This document shows positions 27,101 to 39,620 of a DNA stretch of 64,000 bases, one piece after another. Under the pieces are notes generated by a model. The model was not told the origin of the DNA. It saw only the letters and a program-made list of their open reading frames with translations, and made no database searches. Position 1 is the stretch's first letter; the number at the start of each line of letters is the position of its first letter. The position numbers and the translations under genes are program-made. The DNA is taken from assembly GCA_002189035.1 (NCBI GenBank), contig NEEC01000013.1:186001-250000 (forward strand), given 5' to 3'. Source of the DNA: Utricularia gibba (lineage: Eukaryota; Plantae; Magnoliophyta).

Positions 27101-30100
27101 CCCATTGAAATGTTGCTTTGGGGTGCAAAGTGGAAAATTCCTGGGGTATTACGTATCGGAGAGAGGAATTGAGGCTGACCCCGAGAAGATTAAGGCAATA
27201 TGTGAAATGCAACCCCGAGGACAATCAAGGAATACCAGAGCCTCACGGGTAAATTGGCTGCCCTCAACCGTTTCATATCTCGGTCAGCCGATAAGTCGGC
27301 ATCCTTCTTCAAGGTCTTGCGAAAGGGAAGCGCTTTAGAATGGAACGAGGATTGCCGGATTGCTTTTGAGAAACTCAAGGAATATCTCTCATCACCCCCG
27401 CTTCTTGTGGCTCCGAAAGCAGGGGAGCCCTTAGGACTATATCTGTCTATATTGCCCGTTGCAGTCAGCACAGTCTTGACAACCATCTCGGCAGATAATC
27501 ACTTGCCGGTGTATTATGTAAGCAAGGTTTTGTTACCAGCCGAAACCCACTATACGGTGACAGAAAAATTCATCTTGGCTCTGAAGATCGCAGCCACCAA
27601 ATTGAGATCATATTTCCAAGATCGACACATTGTCGTATTCACCAATCAGCCTCTGAAGAACATCCTGTCTCGTCCGGAGATTTCTGGAAGGGTCGCCAAA
27701 TGGGCAGTTGAATTAAGGATAATAGATATTGAGTTTAGGTCGAGAACATTAATCAAGGCCCAACCTCTTGTTGATTTTGTGGTCGAAATGACCAGGCCTA
27801 TAGACCGTTTCATGGAAGCCAATGACCGATGGGCTATGTACGTTGATGGCTCAATATACAACGGCGCCAGAGGAGGAATAGACATTAAGACCCGAGAAGG
27901 AGAGCATATTTATATTACGGTGAAATTCTTATTCCCTGCCTCCAACAATGTGGCCGAATATGAAGCCCTGATTGAGGGAGTGAAAATTGCCAAGGAGCTG
28001 GGAGTGGCAGAACTCGACGTTTACTCCGATTCGCGACTTGTGCAAGGGTAGTTTTTGGGAGAATACAAAAACCATGACTCCCTCATAGCTCTGTACCGTG
28101 TCCAAGTGAAGGAATTGGCTAAAACCTTCAAGGAGTTCACCCTGTCGCATGTAGCACGTGAGAAAAACGGGTCCGCGGATAGCCTCGCCTGATTCGCAGC
28201 GGGGTTTCACAAGTTAAGGGAAGGAAGTGTGACAATTCGGCTGCGGAACCAACCTTCGGTGAGCTTACGAGCCATGAATCATATCACCCAGCAACCGGGA
28301 AACGATATCTCTTCACAACTGAGTCCCCTTGATGACTGGACGACGCCCTACATCCGGTATTTACAAAATGGGAAAACCCCATCTGATAAGCCACAAGCCC
28401 GACAGTTAGAGACTAGAGTTAAGAGGTATACGTTAGTGAATGGAATTCTCTATCGCAAATCCTTAGATGGACCCTTATTGAGGTGCATCGGGGCAAAGCA
28501 CTCTCAAGAACTCATAACCGATCTACATGAGGGTGAATGCGGCAGCCATATTGGAATACGATCCTTATGCCGGAAAGTTCTAAGGACCGGGTACTACTGG
28601 CCAACCATGAAGCAGGATATTACCGATATGGTGAAGAAGTGTGATAACACATATTTTTGAGTGGCTCAATGCATGGAATTTACTCATTTTATGTTACAAA
28701 AAATAAGCTTAATTGCCTATTTCTATATTTTTGCACATAAGTACCGTAGGAGTGCACTTTTAGTCTTAGTTGGGACTCATCTGCGATTTAGTCCAACAGT
28801 TCCTTTCGAGCAATGCAGCATGGGTCGCAACACAAATCCCAAGGAGCCGAGTATGAATAGTGTGGTGGCAGGAAAGGTGACAGAAGTCTGTAGAAGAGTA
28901 GACACAAAGTCCAAGGAGGTGAAAAAGGAAGATTTTGGACAAAAAGGGAGGAAAGGTGGAGAGAGAAGTAGATCTCTCTTTGGAGACTCAAGAAAAGTTT
29001 CTGGAGATTTTTCTGGAGGAAGAAGAAGGAGGGGATGACAAACCAGAAGAACACAGCTTCTCTTGAGAAATTATTTTCGTTCTTCATGTTTACTATTCCT
29101 AGCTAAGACTAGAGTTGGATTTCCTGTGTGAACGAAGTGTTTGTCCTACTTTTGCTTCATATTGCTCGTTGTTGTTTAGCATTTGTAGCCAAGATGTTGC
29201 TTAGTATCTGCTATGAAGATGTTTTACTTTCCATTACCATGAGTAGCTAAGCACTTAGAGGGGGATGCCTTGGGGTGAGAAGGGGAGAAATATGTTAATC
29301 CCTCCTTAGACCTAATAAATCATAAGTCACACTACTTCCTTAGCAAACCAGGATAGATCCAGGAGGGGGAGGTAGTGAAACCCAACTAACAACCCTAATT
29401 AGAGGTAGACCAAAGATTAGGGGGAAAAACAAGAATCCGGGTAGACCTAGATCTTGTGAGTTAGTTGAATGATTTTTGATTTATGTGAGCTTGTTTAGTG
29501 ATATGCATACATCCCCTAGGAGTCCCAAGGCATCACCCATTCCATTCCAGAAACTACCGAACTCTAGAACTTATTACTTTTCTTTACTGTATTTCGTTTT
29601 AGTTCTGCCTTAGTCCTAGCTAAGACCAATTTTACCAACGTGACATTGATTCCTTGCATTGATCTTCACATAGCAAGCACCTAGCTCCTTGTGTTCGACC
29701 CTAGTCCACTATGCTCATAATTGTTTTATGCTTGAATGTGTATTAGGTTATAAATTTATTTGATAGGAAAGTTTACATTTACGATGCGTGAATTTTCCGT
29801 TTATCAAAGTGCAAAGTGTGCCAATACCATGCAAGTATACCAAGAAAACCAATAAGCAAACTGACCTCTTTCCCACTCTCCTGCCCTTTCGACCGATGGG
29901 GGTGGACATAATGGGGCCTTTCCCCCACACCTTGGGTCAAAGGAAATTCATCATCGTGGGTGTCAAGTATTTTTCCAAGTGGGTAGAGGCTGAAGCTGTG
30001 GCAAAGATCTCGGAGGAGACCGTTATCCGGTTTCTGTGGAAAAACATCTTCATACGGTTCGGAATCCCTCGAGAGCTAGTGACTGATAACGGAACTCAAT

Positions 30101-30731
30101 TCGCCGGAGGAAAAATGGATGCATTCCTGGATAAGTATTCGGTCAAGCACAACTTCACCTTGGTATATCACCCACAAAGCAAAGGCCTCACAGAGGTAAC
30201 GAACCGAACGCTCCGACTCGGTATGAAGACTAAGCTCGAAGATTTTGGGGGGTCATGGGCAGATCGCTTAGATGAGGTATTGTGGTCATATCGCACTACC
30301 CTCGAACCACCACGGAAGAGTCCCCGTTCTTATTGGTTTACGGTTTAGAAGCCATATGCCCTATCGAACTGACCTTGAAGAGCTACCGGGTAGAGCATTA
30401 TAATGAAGAAGAGAATACTGAACTCCGAAAACTGGAATTGGAGCTGTTGGAAGAAAAGCGACAAAGCATCTATAGCCGACTAGGTGCTTATCAGAGAAGA
30501 ACAGAGAAAAGTTACAACAACTTGGTATCCCCAAGGGAATTCCATGAGGGAGATTTGGTGCTCCGAAGCGTCCAACCGCAAAGACACGTCGGGAAATTAG
30601 ACCGCAACTGGGAAGGCCCTTATCGGATTTCAAGGCTGATCGGAAAAGAAGCATATCGCCTGGAACAATTAGATGGCGTGGAACTCCCAAGGTCGTGGAA
30701 CGCATCGCATCTAAGGAAGTTCTGCGCCTAA
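24119..30731 (+). pseudogene. Retand gag-pol (gag, AP, RT, RH, aRH, INT) with stops/frameshifts, split by a solo LTR
   Basis: LPTYDGKGDP (gag), RRILIDQGSSCNI (protease), WRICIDFTDLN...YVDD (RT), YVDGS...NNVAEYEAL...SDS (aRH), H-H-C-C finger, GVDIMGPF...TDNGTQF...KLDRNWEGPY (integrase). Confidence 0.92.
28642..29806 (+). mobile_element. Solo LTR (family A-related, 1165 bp) inserted in the Retand integrase, TSD AAGTG
   Basis: TGATAACAC...TTTATCA; AAGTG at 28637-28641 and 29807-29811. Removing it restores MVKKCKVCQYH. Confidence 0.93.
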
Positions 30732-30833
30732 CCGACTCAATATCAATCTCTGTCATAGGATTCGGCATTCTCTTCCCCAAAGCACTCATGCACCTATAAA
30801 TTCCTCCGAAGTGGAGATGGGAAAACAAAACAC

Positions 30834-30958
30834 AAGCCCTGGCCGAATCGCGTAAGCCCAGGTAGACCATCAAAGATTTAAAGCCCTGGCCGAATCGCGT
30901 AAGCCCAGGCAGACCATCAAAGATTTAAAGCTCTGGCCAAGTAACATAAGCCCAGGCG
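30834..30958 (+). repeat. 47-bp tandem repeat, about 2.7 copies, in the Retand 3' region
   Basis: Units start at 30834, 30881 and 30928 (AAGCCCTGGCCGAATCGCGTAAGCCCAGG.AGACCATCAAAGATTTA). Confidence 0.9.
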
Positions 30959-31586
30959 AATCTCCTAAATCGGAGTCCCCTACGGGATACAGCAAATCGA
31001 CTCGGGGTCTCCCACGATATATATATGCGATCTACCAACCCAGGCGTCAATAGCAAGAATAAGCCCTGGTACGATTCGGGCACCGTTTTATGTAAACCGC
31101 ACGCGTAAGCCCCAAAAAGCCCTTAAGTATTCACCTTATTGTCGTAATCTCGAGGCGACAAGAGCACCCGAAGCAAATCCACCCATGTTCAAAACAATGG
31201 GGTATGGCCAGAAGAGGGCCCTTTCGGATTGGGGAAGTCGCTCAACCCATGAGGGGTTCCGACCTACTTCCCTAGCAGCGGTTCAGCTCGCATGAGGAAA
31301 CACTAAGGCAAACTAAAATCAAAAAGCCCAATCAAAGGGTTGGCGAGGAGGCATCCACCCCCAAATCACAAAAGCATAGGCGAATCTCCAAGTCTCCGTC
31401 ACCACAGCAAACCAACTCGAGGCTTCCCCCGAAATGTGAACGTCACCAAAGGCAAAAGTGATGCGCAAAAAACAGAGTAAATTAGAAGAAAACCCCGAAC
31501 CGGGAGACCAAAATTATCAAAAAAGCCCCACAGCAGGGGGAAAAACATCAAGTCAAAAACTACTAAAGTACATGAGGGATGGGGGA

Positions 31587-33510
31587 TTATCGGGAGGATT
31601 GGCAGAGGAACCGGTATGCCGAGTTGACAAAGTCATCCAGAAGACGCTGCCGAGATGCTTGTTGATCAAGTAATTCGGCCTCCAATGCTGAAATGCGGCC
31701 CCTGGCATGCTCTAACTCCGCTTCTGCCTCCTCAAATCGGACTTTGAAGCCCTCTCTTTCTGATTGAGCGTCGTCAACCGCCTTTCTCATTTCCTCGATC
31801 ACATTTCGCAGTTCTTCCTCCTGGCGGCTGCGTTTCCCTAAAACGGTTTTCAGCGAACTCCCCTCCTCCTCCAACAACTTTATCTGGGCGCTCTGAGCCA
31901 CAACTTGGGCCCGAAGCCGAGAGACTTCCTCCGATTGAGAGCCAAACTCTCTAACCATTCCCCACCCAAGAGTCAGAGCCTGAAAGAATATCCCTAGTCA
32001 AGGACCGACTTCTTAGAATTTAGAAGAGGAAACGAGATGCGTACCTGCCAGATCCCTTCAAGTACCGTCTCCGGCTGAACACCCGAGGTACTAGACATAG
32101 CTCCATCCAGGATTCCCCTTAGTTCAGCTGGAACTGAGGGTAGAGGAAGCACCGGGTTGTCCCTTACTTCTACGAGGGCAGAATCCCTCTGTAACTCGAT
32201 TGGAAGAGCCGATGTTGAAGCACCAGCCGAAAAGAATATTGCATCGGGAATAGGAGTATCGCTAAGATCGGGTGATGGAGGAAGTTTCTCTTTCCCTTTC
32301 CCGGCTGAAGGACGGGAAGTCAACTCCCAGGTCTCGGAGACTTCTACTACTTGATCTTCCCGCGAGGAAGGATCAGCGGCATCCAACTGAGCTCCAATCG
32401 TATCAGCCTGAAAGAAAAACCAAAAACAAAAAAAGTTATAATCGAGAATTCGCGGTAACTGTTAAATAGGAGACAGACTGGTGCAAGGGAGGGATCCTCG
32501 GGTTCCTGCACCCTCTGCATCTCGGCAGACCATCACCGAATCTTCCAGAGAGATTCTTCGAGCCATCTCTTTAGCTGAAAACAAAAGAAGGAAAAGCAAT
32601 AAGGCATAGTGCTGATTCTGAGACTCGGGAAAGCTGAACCCGACTACCTCTCTGCCTCTTTGAGGTTTGTGCGCAACTGCCTTAACCCTTTTCTTTTTCT
32701 TGGGGGCCCCGGTTTGAACGGGTGGGCAATCGGAGGTGAAGCCGGAACAAGAGGGAAGGATGAAGAGGGGCTAAGAGGAAGGCTCCTCGAATCGGTGCCG
32801 TCGAAAGGAATGATATCGGGCCAATGGAGGTCTCGGGAATGACCGATAATACCTGATCTTTTCAACGACTCACCCGAGAACATCAAGGCACAAGACTCAT
32901 GCCGAACTGAGCCCCGACTATGCCTCTCATAAAGGACTTCGCGAGATTCGGAAGAAGACCGATACGCACCCAAGATCTTGATCCTGAAAGGAGTTGGGGG
33001 ATCGACTGGGAAGTTCCACCGAGAACCCAAAGGGGAGCTATCCAAACGAAAGAAGACCACCAATCATGGTGGGTATCGGGGGCTTTAACAACAAAGTTGG
33101 GGTTATCTTCAAATCGGCAGAATTGAAAGTGAGATCGGCCATCCATTGGGGACTTAGCTTTACGAACGGCTATCTTGAAGAGATGACAGAAGTCTACTAG
33201 AGTCATAGCCGGATCCATACCGGCCGAATAGAAAAGGAAAGTGGTAAAGCAGAATATGGAATTCGGGGCAAGGCAGTAAATCGGAATTGCAAAAGTATAG
33301 AGAAAACAGACTATTAAAAGGTGAAGAGGGAAGCGTAAACCGCTTTCGAAATAGGCAAGTGGAATTGGGAGACTGAACGGAGGCAGGGGGTCCTTACCTA
33401 ACCCCCAAGGGATTTCAGTATCCCGAGCATGAGAAAGCTAGTACTCATTAGGGGCCGAGTACCGAATGCGAAGGGAGGGGATGTTTAGTTCACTAGATCT
33501 CCTACCCATT
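31587..33510 (-). pseudogene. Antisense accessory gene of the Retand element (Transposase_28-like N-terminus, basic NLS, coiled-coil C-terminus), probably 4 exons
   Basis: YFESGLRFPLH...LAPNS...FCHLF; predicted GT-AG introns 32647-32575, 32478-32408, 32044-31980; EK/EE-rich heptad tail 31958-31590. Start codon uncertain. Confidence 0.7.
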
Positions 33511-33982
33511 TTCAAAGAAGCCCAAAACCCTAGAACGAGGCAGGAGTCAGGAAGGGGAAGGACTTAGAACGACAAGGGAGACCCGTCAAAAATCCCAGAA
33601 GACCAAACAGAAAAGACGAAGAACCGAATGATACTTGGAAAATTGACGTTTTCTGACGGATATCGCGACGATCGAGCGGCGGACGAGTGTGACGGAGCAC
33701 GGAGGGCACAAAACTCTTGCAGGAAACAGAAAGGGCAAAGGAAAGAACTGACGCAAAGGGCGCTTATTTATACGGGAAAGGTGAGGGAGACGAAGCGTCG
33801 TGACGTTTGGGGTACCCAGAATGAGCGGGAAAAAACGTGGCATGCCAACGAGCCGACGCCTGGCAAAGAACGGCATGTGGCTTATTCGGGGGAAGCGGCA
33901 ACTCAAGAATCGGTATCGTAGTAGTTCTGATCCCCCGATTTACCCCGAAAAGGGCTAATATCGGCGAATCAGAGGGGCTGAA

Positions 33983-34192
33983 TGATAAGGGAAAAATCGG
34001 TCAAGGATAATCGGTTCCTAAAAGGCTGCCAAAAGAGATCCCGAGGGGATAACGCCAGACGACAGATCGACGTCTGTCAGAAATCTGACAGGTATGGCCA
34101 TATGACACACCCTGAAAAGCGGGCAAATTACGGCATAACAGGCGGCCGATATCTGAAAAACGAGATTGTATAGCAGGAGCAGAAAGCATCAT
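33983..34192 (+). repeat. Retand 3' LTR, truncated to about 210 bp
   Basis: TGATAAGGG follows the PPT; similarity to the 5' LTR stops at about 34190. Confidence 0.9.
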
Positions 34193-34700
34193 CTTATTTG
34201 TAGCTATGTATTCTACTTCCACGGTTGACTGCATAACAACATCTTATTTCTTGGTGCTCCACGTAAAGAATCTACCATTCAGTTCACAAATGAAACCAGA
34301 TGTACTCTTGGCATCTCTGTACCCACATAATCATTGTCAACAAACCTAACTAAAGAAATTAATGTAACAACATTAAGTCCAAGTAGATCCATAGAGAGCC
34401 AATGGTTTTTAGCTATTGATTTTATGCGTAAGTTAGATTAAATAGGGGGTTTTCTGGAAGTGGGCTTCTACTCTAACTTAAATTGATAAAACATTTCATC
34501 TGGTTTCTAAACCAAAAGCAAATAACAAAGTATATCAATTAGATGATGAAAACATTTGAACACGTTGAGCATTAAAAACATGAAACTAAAATAGTGTGCA
34601 TGTTCATAAAATAAATGCAAAAAATCAGATTTCTTGGAAAAGTAGATTGTTTGTTCAATTCTTCAATTCTTGTGTTCTCCTTGTCTTCTTCTTCTCAAGA
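34193..34700 (-). pseudogene. Ty1/copia RT end/RNase H start (continuation of 22940-23510)
   Basis: KSTSGFI...FTWSTKK*DVVMQSTVEVEYIATNK joins VSNHCL*LR*LLD at 23510. Confidence 0.75.
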
Positions 34701-34811
34701 AAAAGAAAAATTCTCTAGTCGGTTCATGGCTTGCACCAGGTGGATAATTTGAGTTTGCATACTTGTAATTCATCCATCCATGTCTTTTTGAGCGGCATCC
34801 ATCTTGGTGGT

Positions 34812-35319
34812 TAGGGGTTTAATCAAGCCGAGTCGAGCCGAGCTTTCGGTATGCTCGGCTCGACTCACCCACCTTCATATCGAGCTCGAGCTCAGATCGA
34901 GCCTGACAACCTGTGCTTGAGCTCGAGCTCAAGTAGGCTCAACGCTCTGCTCGAGCTTGAGGAGGCTCAAGTTATGGCTCCATTAATGCCCCTGCACACT
35001 CCGTTAGAGTTGTAATAGATGAGGGAATATAATGCATTAATTAATGCTGCAGATTCTATTCCAAAATTACTTTTTTATTATGAAAAAAATTATATAAATT
35101 AGGGATTTTTTACAAATCTCTAAATCTTTAATTACTTGGGCCAAGCCTTGAGCCATCGAGCCAAGCTCATGCTTGATCAAGCTCGACCCGATTAGGTATA
35201 TCGAGCTCGGTTGGTGGATCGAGCTCAGGCTTGTACTCATGCAAATCGAATTCGGGCCAAGCCTTTATCGAGCCAAGCTTTGGGCTGTTTGATTAAAGCC
35301 TGGCCCGATTACACCCCTA
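34812..35319. mobile_element. hAT-type MITE (508 bp), 8-bp TSD TTGGTGGT, inserted in the Athila gag
   Basis: TIRs TAGGGGTTTAATC / GATTACACCCCTA; TSD at 34804-34811 and 35320-35327; internal GAGCTCGAGC repeats. Removal rejoins the gag frame AEST-TKMDAA. Confidence 0.9.
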
Positions 35320-36599
35320 TTGGTGGTGCTCTCGGCAAAAGACTTCACCATGGATTCCAGATTATTATTTGGCTGATAAGGAACAAGAGGTTGGTCTAGA
35401 ACTCCAGTGATCTGTAAACGTTGAGGTGGAGTAGTGAGAGTTTTCTGAAGAACAACATAAGGGTTCCCTAGTAATGGAGCTTGACCAAGAAGCACTGGTT
35501 GTCTCCAACTGAAATCAGGGTGGTCTCTTCTCGGCATTTGGTAGTTTCTATAATTATATGCTCCTCCTTTGTTCTGGTAAAATGCATTCATCTCTTCTAC
35601 TGGCATCTCATGTATCATAGGTCCTAGATTAGAATGATGAGAAGTTGAAGATCCTTGATACCTTTGTTATTGTTGGAGAAGTTATTGGAAGCCAAGCTTC
35701 AAGATATCACTCATAGCAGCAAGTTGAGCTAAAACTTCAGAATTGTCCATTTCATGCACTGATTTTACAGGCTGAGGAATTCCTCCAAGTGCTCGATATG
35801 GGTGTTCATATTGGCTGGAAGTAGAATAAGAATTGACAGCCATTTGTTTTATCAATCTTCGGGCATCAGTGCTATGGCGGTTCTCTAGTAATGGCCCATT
35901 ACAAGCGACATCCATTTGTCCTCTGATCATGGGGGTCAGTCCTTCGTAAAAATGTTGCAAAATTTGACCTTCAATAAGTCCATGTTGTGGATAAGTGTTA
36001 CAGATCCGATTGAATATGTCATAATATTCCTGTAAATTCTCTCCTTCATTTTATACCATGTTGGATAAAGCTCTTCTTCCCGTTGAGGCTCTTCCTAGAG
36101 GTGTATATCGATCAAGAAACTTTTGAACTATTTGCTACCAAGTTGCAATTGAAGATGGTGGTAGTCCATACAACCACTCTAGGGCTCGCTCAGTGAGATT
36201 GAAAGGGAAGACCCACAACTTGACTTGGTTCTCCATTGCACCTTTTGGGTGCATGGATGCACAAGCCATGTGCAATTCTCTAAGATGACGATTTGAGTCA
36301 TCATTCTCTCTCCCAGCGAACTTAGGAAGTGTCTGGAATAGATATGGGCGAAGCTCAAAGTCCTCTTCCGCATCAAAGATGATACAAAGCGGTCGGTCAG
36401 CATAGTTGGCGGTAATTTGAGGATGATATTGCTCCTGCACTCCGTTAACTATGGGGACTCCAGTAGGTGGTTGAGCAATCATTTCTTCGTCAATAAATGA
36501 ATTGGAAGTTAATTCTCACTTTTTCACCAAAAATGTGCGCTCAATCTCCGGATCTAAGGGGCACAAGATTTCTCGGTATGATCTCAAGCTTCGGTGGCC

Positions 36600-37663
36600 C
36601 TTTAGTGGAGCTGAATGGACTGACTTTGGAAAATGAAAAAAAAAATGTGAAGATTATTTTGAAGAGGGGAGAAGGAAAAGAACACGACCAAACCCCAGGA
36701 GGGGGAAGGAGAACATGAAAGAATGATGATGAAGTCGATTTCTCCAGAAGGAAGATCAAAGACTTGAAAAACAACATCAAAGACCCAATTCAGCGCTACT
36801 GTTGCAGGTAGTGAACAGTAGTAGATCGTGAACAAAACACTCAACTTTATCTTTAGTATGTTGGATATTTCGTTACTTTGACTATTGTTTTACAATGTCT
36901 TTGCTATTTTATTTAATTTATCTTAATGATATCATGCTTCATCTTTCATATATGAGTAGCTAAAACCTAAGAGATGCCTTAAGGTAAAGCATGGTGGTGT
37001 GGATCTAGGGTTAATAATGAAATTTATGTTTGTTTCTTAGTTCTTGTTTCTATTATTCCACGGGTAGACCTAATGAGGAGAACAAGTAACTTCGTAACTA
37101 AGATGTTTGATTTAGAGGTAAACCAACAAATGAAGGCGGGAGCAGTAGGTATTAGCCTAGGGTAGAACCAATAGAAATGCGTAGACCTAGTTCTATATAC
37201 TTTGCATGCGGGTAGACCTAATTGCAATGTTGGTGATGATATTTGGGATTAACTTAGCCGAAAATATGATAAATGACCTGGGTAGACTTAGGTTGTTTGA
37301 AGTTGTGAGTATAGGAACATGGTAAATTAAATTAGGCATTTTAGCACCACACCATTTGCAGAGCTTTAAGGCATCTTCGCATTAGTCTGTGTTAAAACTA
37401 GTATCTGCTATCTTCAGCGTTGAAACTTGATCTTGTTTACTGAACTTGTTTACCATTGTTAGTGTGAGCTTAGACTAAGACCACTATTATTCAGAATTAT
37501 GTATGTGCTGAACTACATGGCAAGCACAAGTTCTTCGTGATCGACCCCGAAATCCACAATAAAATTTTTCTAAATTTGTATTTTGTGTAGACTAGGGCTT
37601 ATAAATTTTTTTGATAATGAAACTTCTATTTTTGCAACGACAATAGGAAATTTTTGTTTATCA
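36600..37663 (+). mobile_element. Family A LTR (copy 3), 5'-truncated, inside the Athila leader/gag start
   Basis: Collinear with 2500-3421 (TTCAGCGCTACTGTT, GGTAGACC motifs); ends TTTATCA at 37663. Left end approximate. Confidence 0.85.
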
Positions 37664-39094
37664 AAAAAATAGCAAAACGGAAACAAAAGAAAAACAAGAA
37701 GAAAGAAAGAAAAAGAAAAGAAAAGGAAAAACTATACGCAACACTAAACAAAAAAATAAACAACTCTCTAGCAACGTCGCCAAAAATTTATTGCATGTCG
37801 TTTCCTCAACAAATTTTAATTTATAAAAACGTAAAAAACAAAGGAGTGTACGTAGTATAAGTGTCGATCTCATGGAGTTAAGTTTTGCGAAATGTGTTGT
37901 GTAGAAAACTTTTACAAATTGTCACGGGTTTGTAAAAGAGGGTTTTTGAAATATAGATATTAAAGTTACAATGCAAGTGATGGACCTTGACTAAGGGTTG
38001 CAGTTCCTAGAAAACGAACTCTGTTTTCTCTTTTTGTCTATCCTTGCCTTGGCTCTCATTGATTCCTTCTGAATAGCTGATTATAGGAGCAAGGAATAGC
38101 CTACTCCCCCTCACACTCTGATTGACAAGGAGGCACAGAAACAGCCTCATGTGATTCCCCCTTGGACTATTGAGAAAACAAGAGTATTGTTGTCGATTGC
38201 CTTCAAAATCGAATTATGCGCGTGTGCCCTGCTATTGCCAATAACTAGTGACAGGTACGAGGTCATTACCTGTCCACTGTTGCGGTACCTTGGCCACAAA
38301 CAATTCGCTACTTTTCTTGAACGGATAGGGTTGGAGTTGGTGCTCTTCACCTTACTTTTCATCAAAATCTGCGAGGAGTGGTCTGCTACTCATGAACCAT
38401 GACTAGGAGTCGTTATAGAAAGATTGCAACAAAACGCATGAAGGTATGTAAAATCCGGAATGAATTCAGTGAAGAACCGAGTTTAATGCTCAAGACTTGG
38501 AAGGAAACTTCATCTACTTCCAGAAACCAAAAAGTTTTAGTTACAAAAGGGCATGAAAACAGAAAACAAAATAGAAAGCTAAGGTTCATCTACCTTAGAG
38601 TAGAGGAAGAACCAAAAGTTCTTGGTGCGAAAAGTAAAATGTCAAAAGTCGAAAAGTTCCAAAATAAGTGTTCCAAGTTGGTTTTTTCTCACTCCCCACA
38701 TGCATTAACTACTTCTGGTCCCCTTCTCTTCATTCTTTCTATCTTGCATGCATCACCAGCTTTCCCACACATGCAAATAAGCGCCTAATCATTACTGTAG
38801 ACTCTGACATGTCGTAAGTCAGAGGCCTTGACTAGTATCATTCTTTCGCCCACAATTGTTTCAAGTCATGTACAAAGCACGAAAAGTCAGAGTCTGGTCT
38901 CTTGCAAGCATCTTGCAACATTCCACACTGCCTCCTGACATATTTCAATCAGAGTGCACGAAAAAGATAAAGAAAATAAGATTTTTCTAAAGAAATAGAA
39001 TATTTATCAATATAAATACTAAATTGAATGACTTACCACTAGATTAATACATAATAATACATAATAAACAACTAGAAAATGACAATTAACAGAA

Positions 39095-39620
39095 TACATA
39101 CGTTGTCACTATCATAGCTACAATGACTCTGCATAATTTTGTCAGAATATTGAATATGGATGATGCACATTTTGAGAACAATATGACTGAATTTGATGAA
39201 CAGAATCCCATCAATGATTTTGATGATACTGCAGACTCCCAGATGGATGTTTTCTATGATCTAATCCGATTGAAAATGGAGGCTGCTTTTTGAATTCATT
39301 CAAGAATTATGATGTATTGCTTCATCATTAAAGAAATGTTTCCTCAACCACAATAGAAGTGCTGATATCACAATGGTTCCCGTAAAATGGGAGAAAGATG
39401 ACGTGAAGCCTAAACGTGTTGATGGGCATGCAGGTGATGACCGCTAGGGCTCTCATGGATGAACAGCAACATTCTTGGTGATTGGAAACTAAACACCCTA
39501 TAACTTTGTCTTTGTATTTATCATCAAACACTATCGATGTGAAAGGGAGACAACGGGAGGATATTCTCCATTTCCAGTTTCCATAATCCATTTTCAATTG
39601 GTGTAGATGTATAACCAACC
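39095..39620. pseudogene. PIF/Harbinger transposase fragments: N-terminal part on minus (39620-39310), C-terminal part on plus (39095-39293)
   Basis: Minus: PFTS...FRLH...STSIVVEE. Plus: IIATMTLHNFVR...DDAHFE...MDVFYDLIRLKM*. Confidence 0.5.

Larger units (their letters stand above)
23511..34192 (+). mobile_element. Ty3/gypsy Tat-clade (Retand-like) retrotransposon, near full length, decayed
   Basis: 5' LTR 23511-24040, PBS, gag, protease, RT, RNase H, extra archaeal-type RNase H, integrase, long 3' region with antisense ORF, PPT AGAGGGGCTGAA, partial 3' LTR 33983-34192. About 10 mismatches in 206 aligned LTR bp by hand count. Confidence 0.93.
34710..39009 (-). mobile_element. Athila-type gypsy 5' half: LTR (39009 to about 37790), tRNA-Asp-type PBS (37782-37765), gag remnant (about 36590-34710)
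   Basis: LTR starts TGATAAAT; PBS TGGCGACGTTGCTAGAGA vs TGGCGCCGTTGCCGGGGA. gag motifs LVPLDPEIERTF, FELRPYLFQTLPKFAG, VKLWVFPF, MQHFYEGL, TQIIHLVQAMNRLE. Confidence 0.8.
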
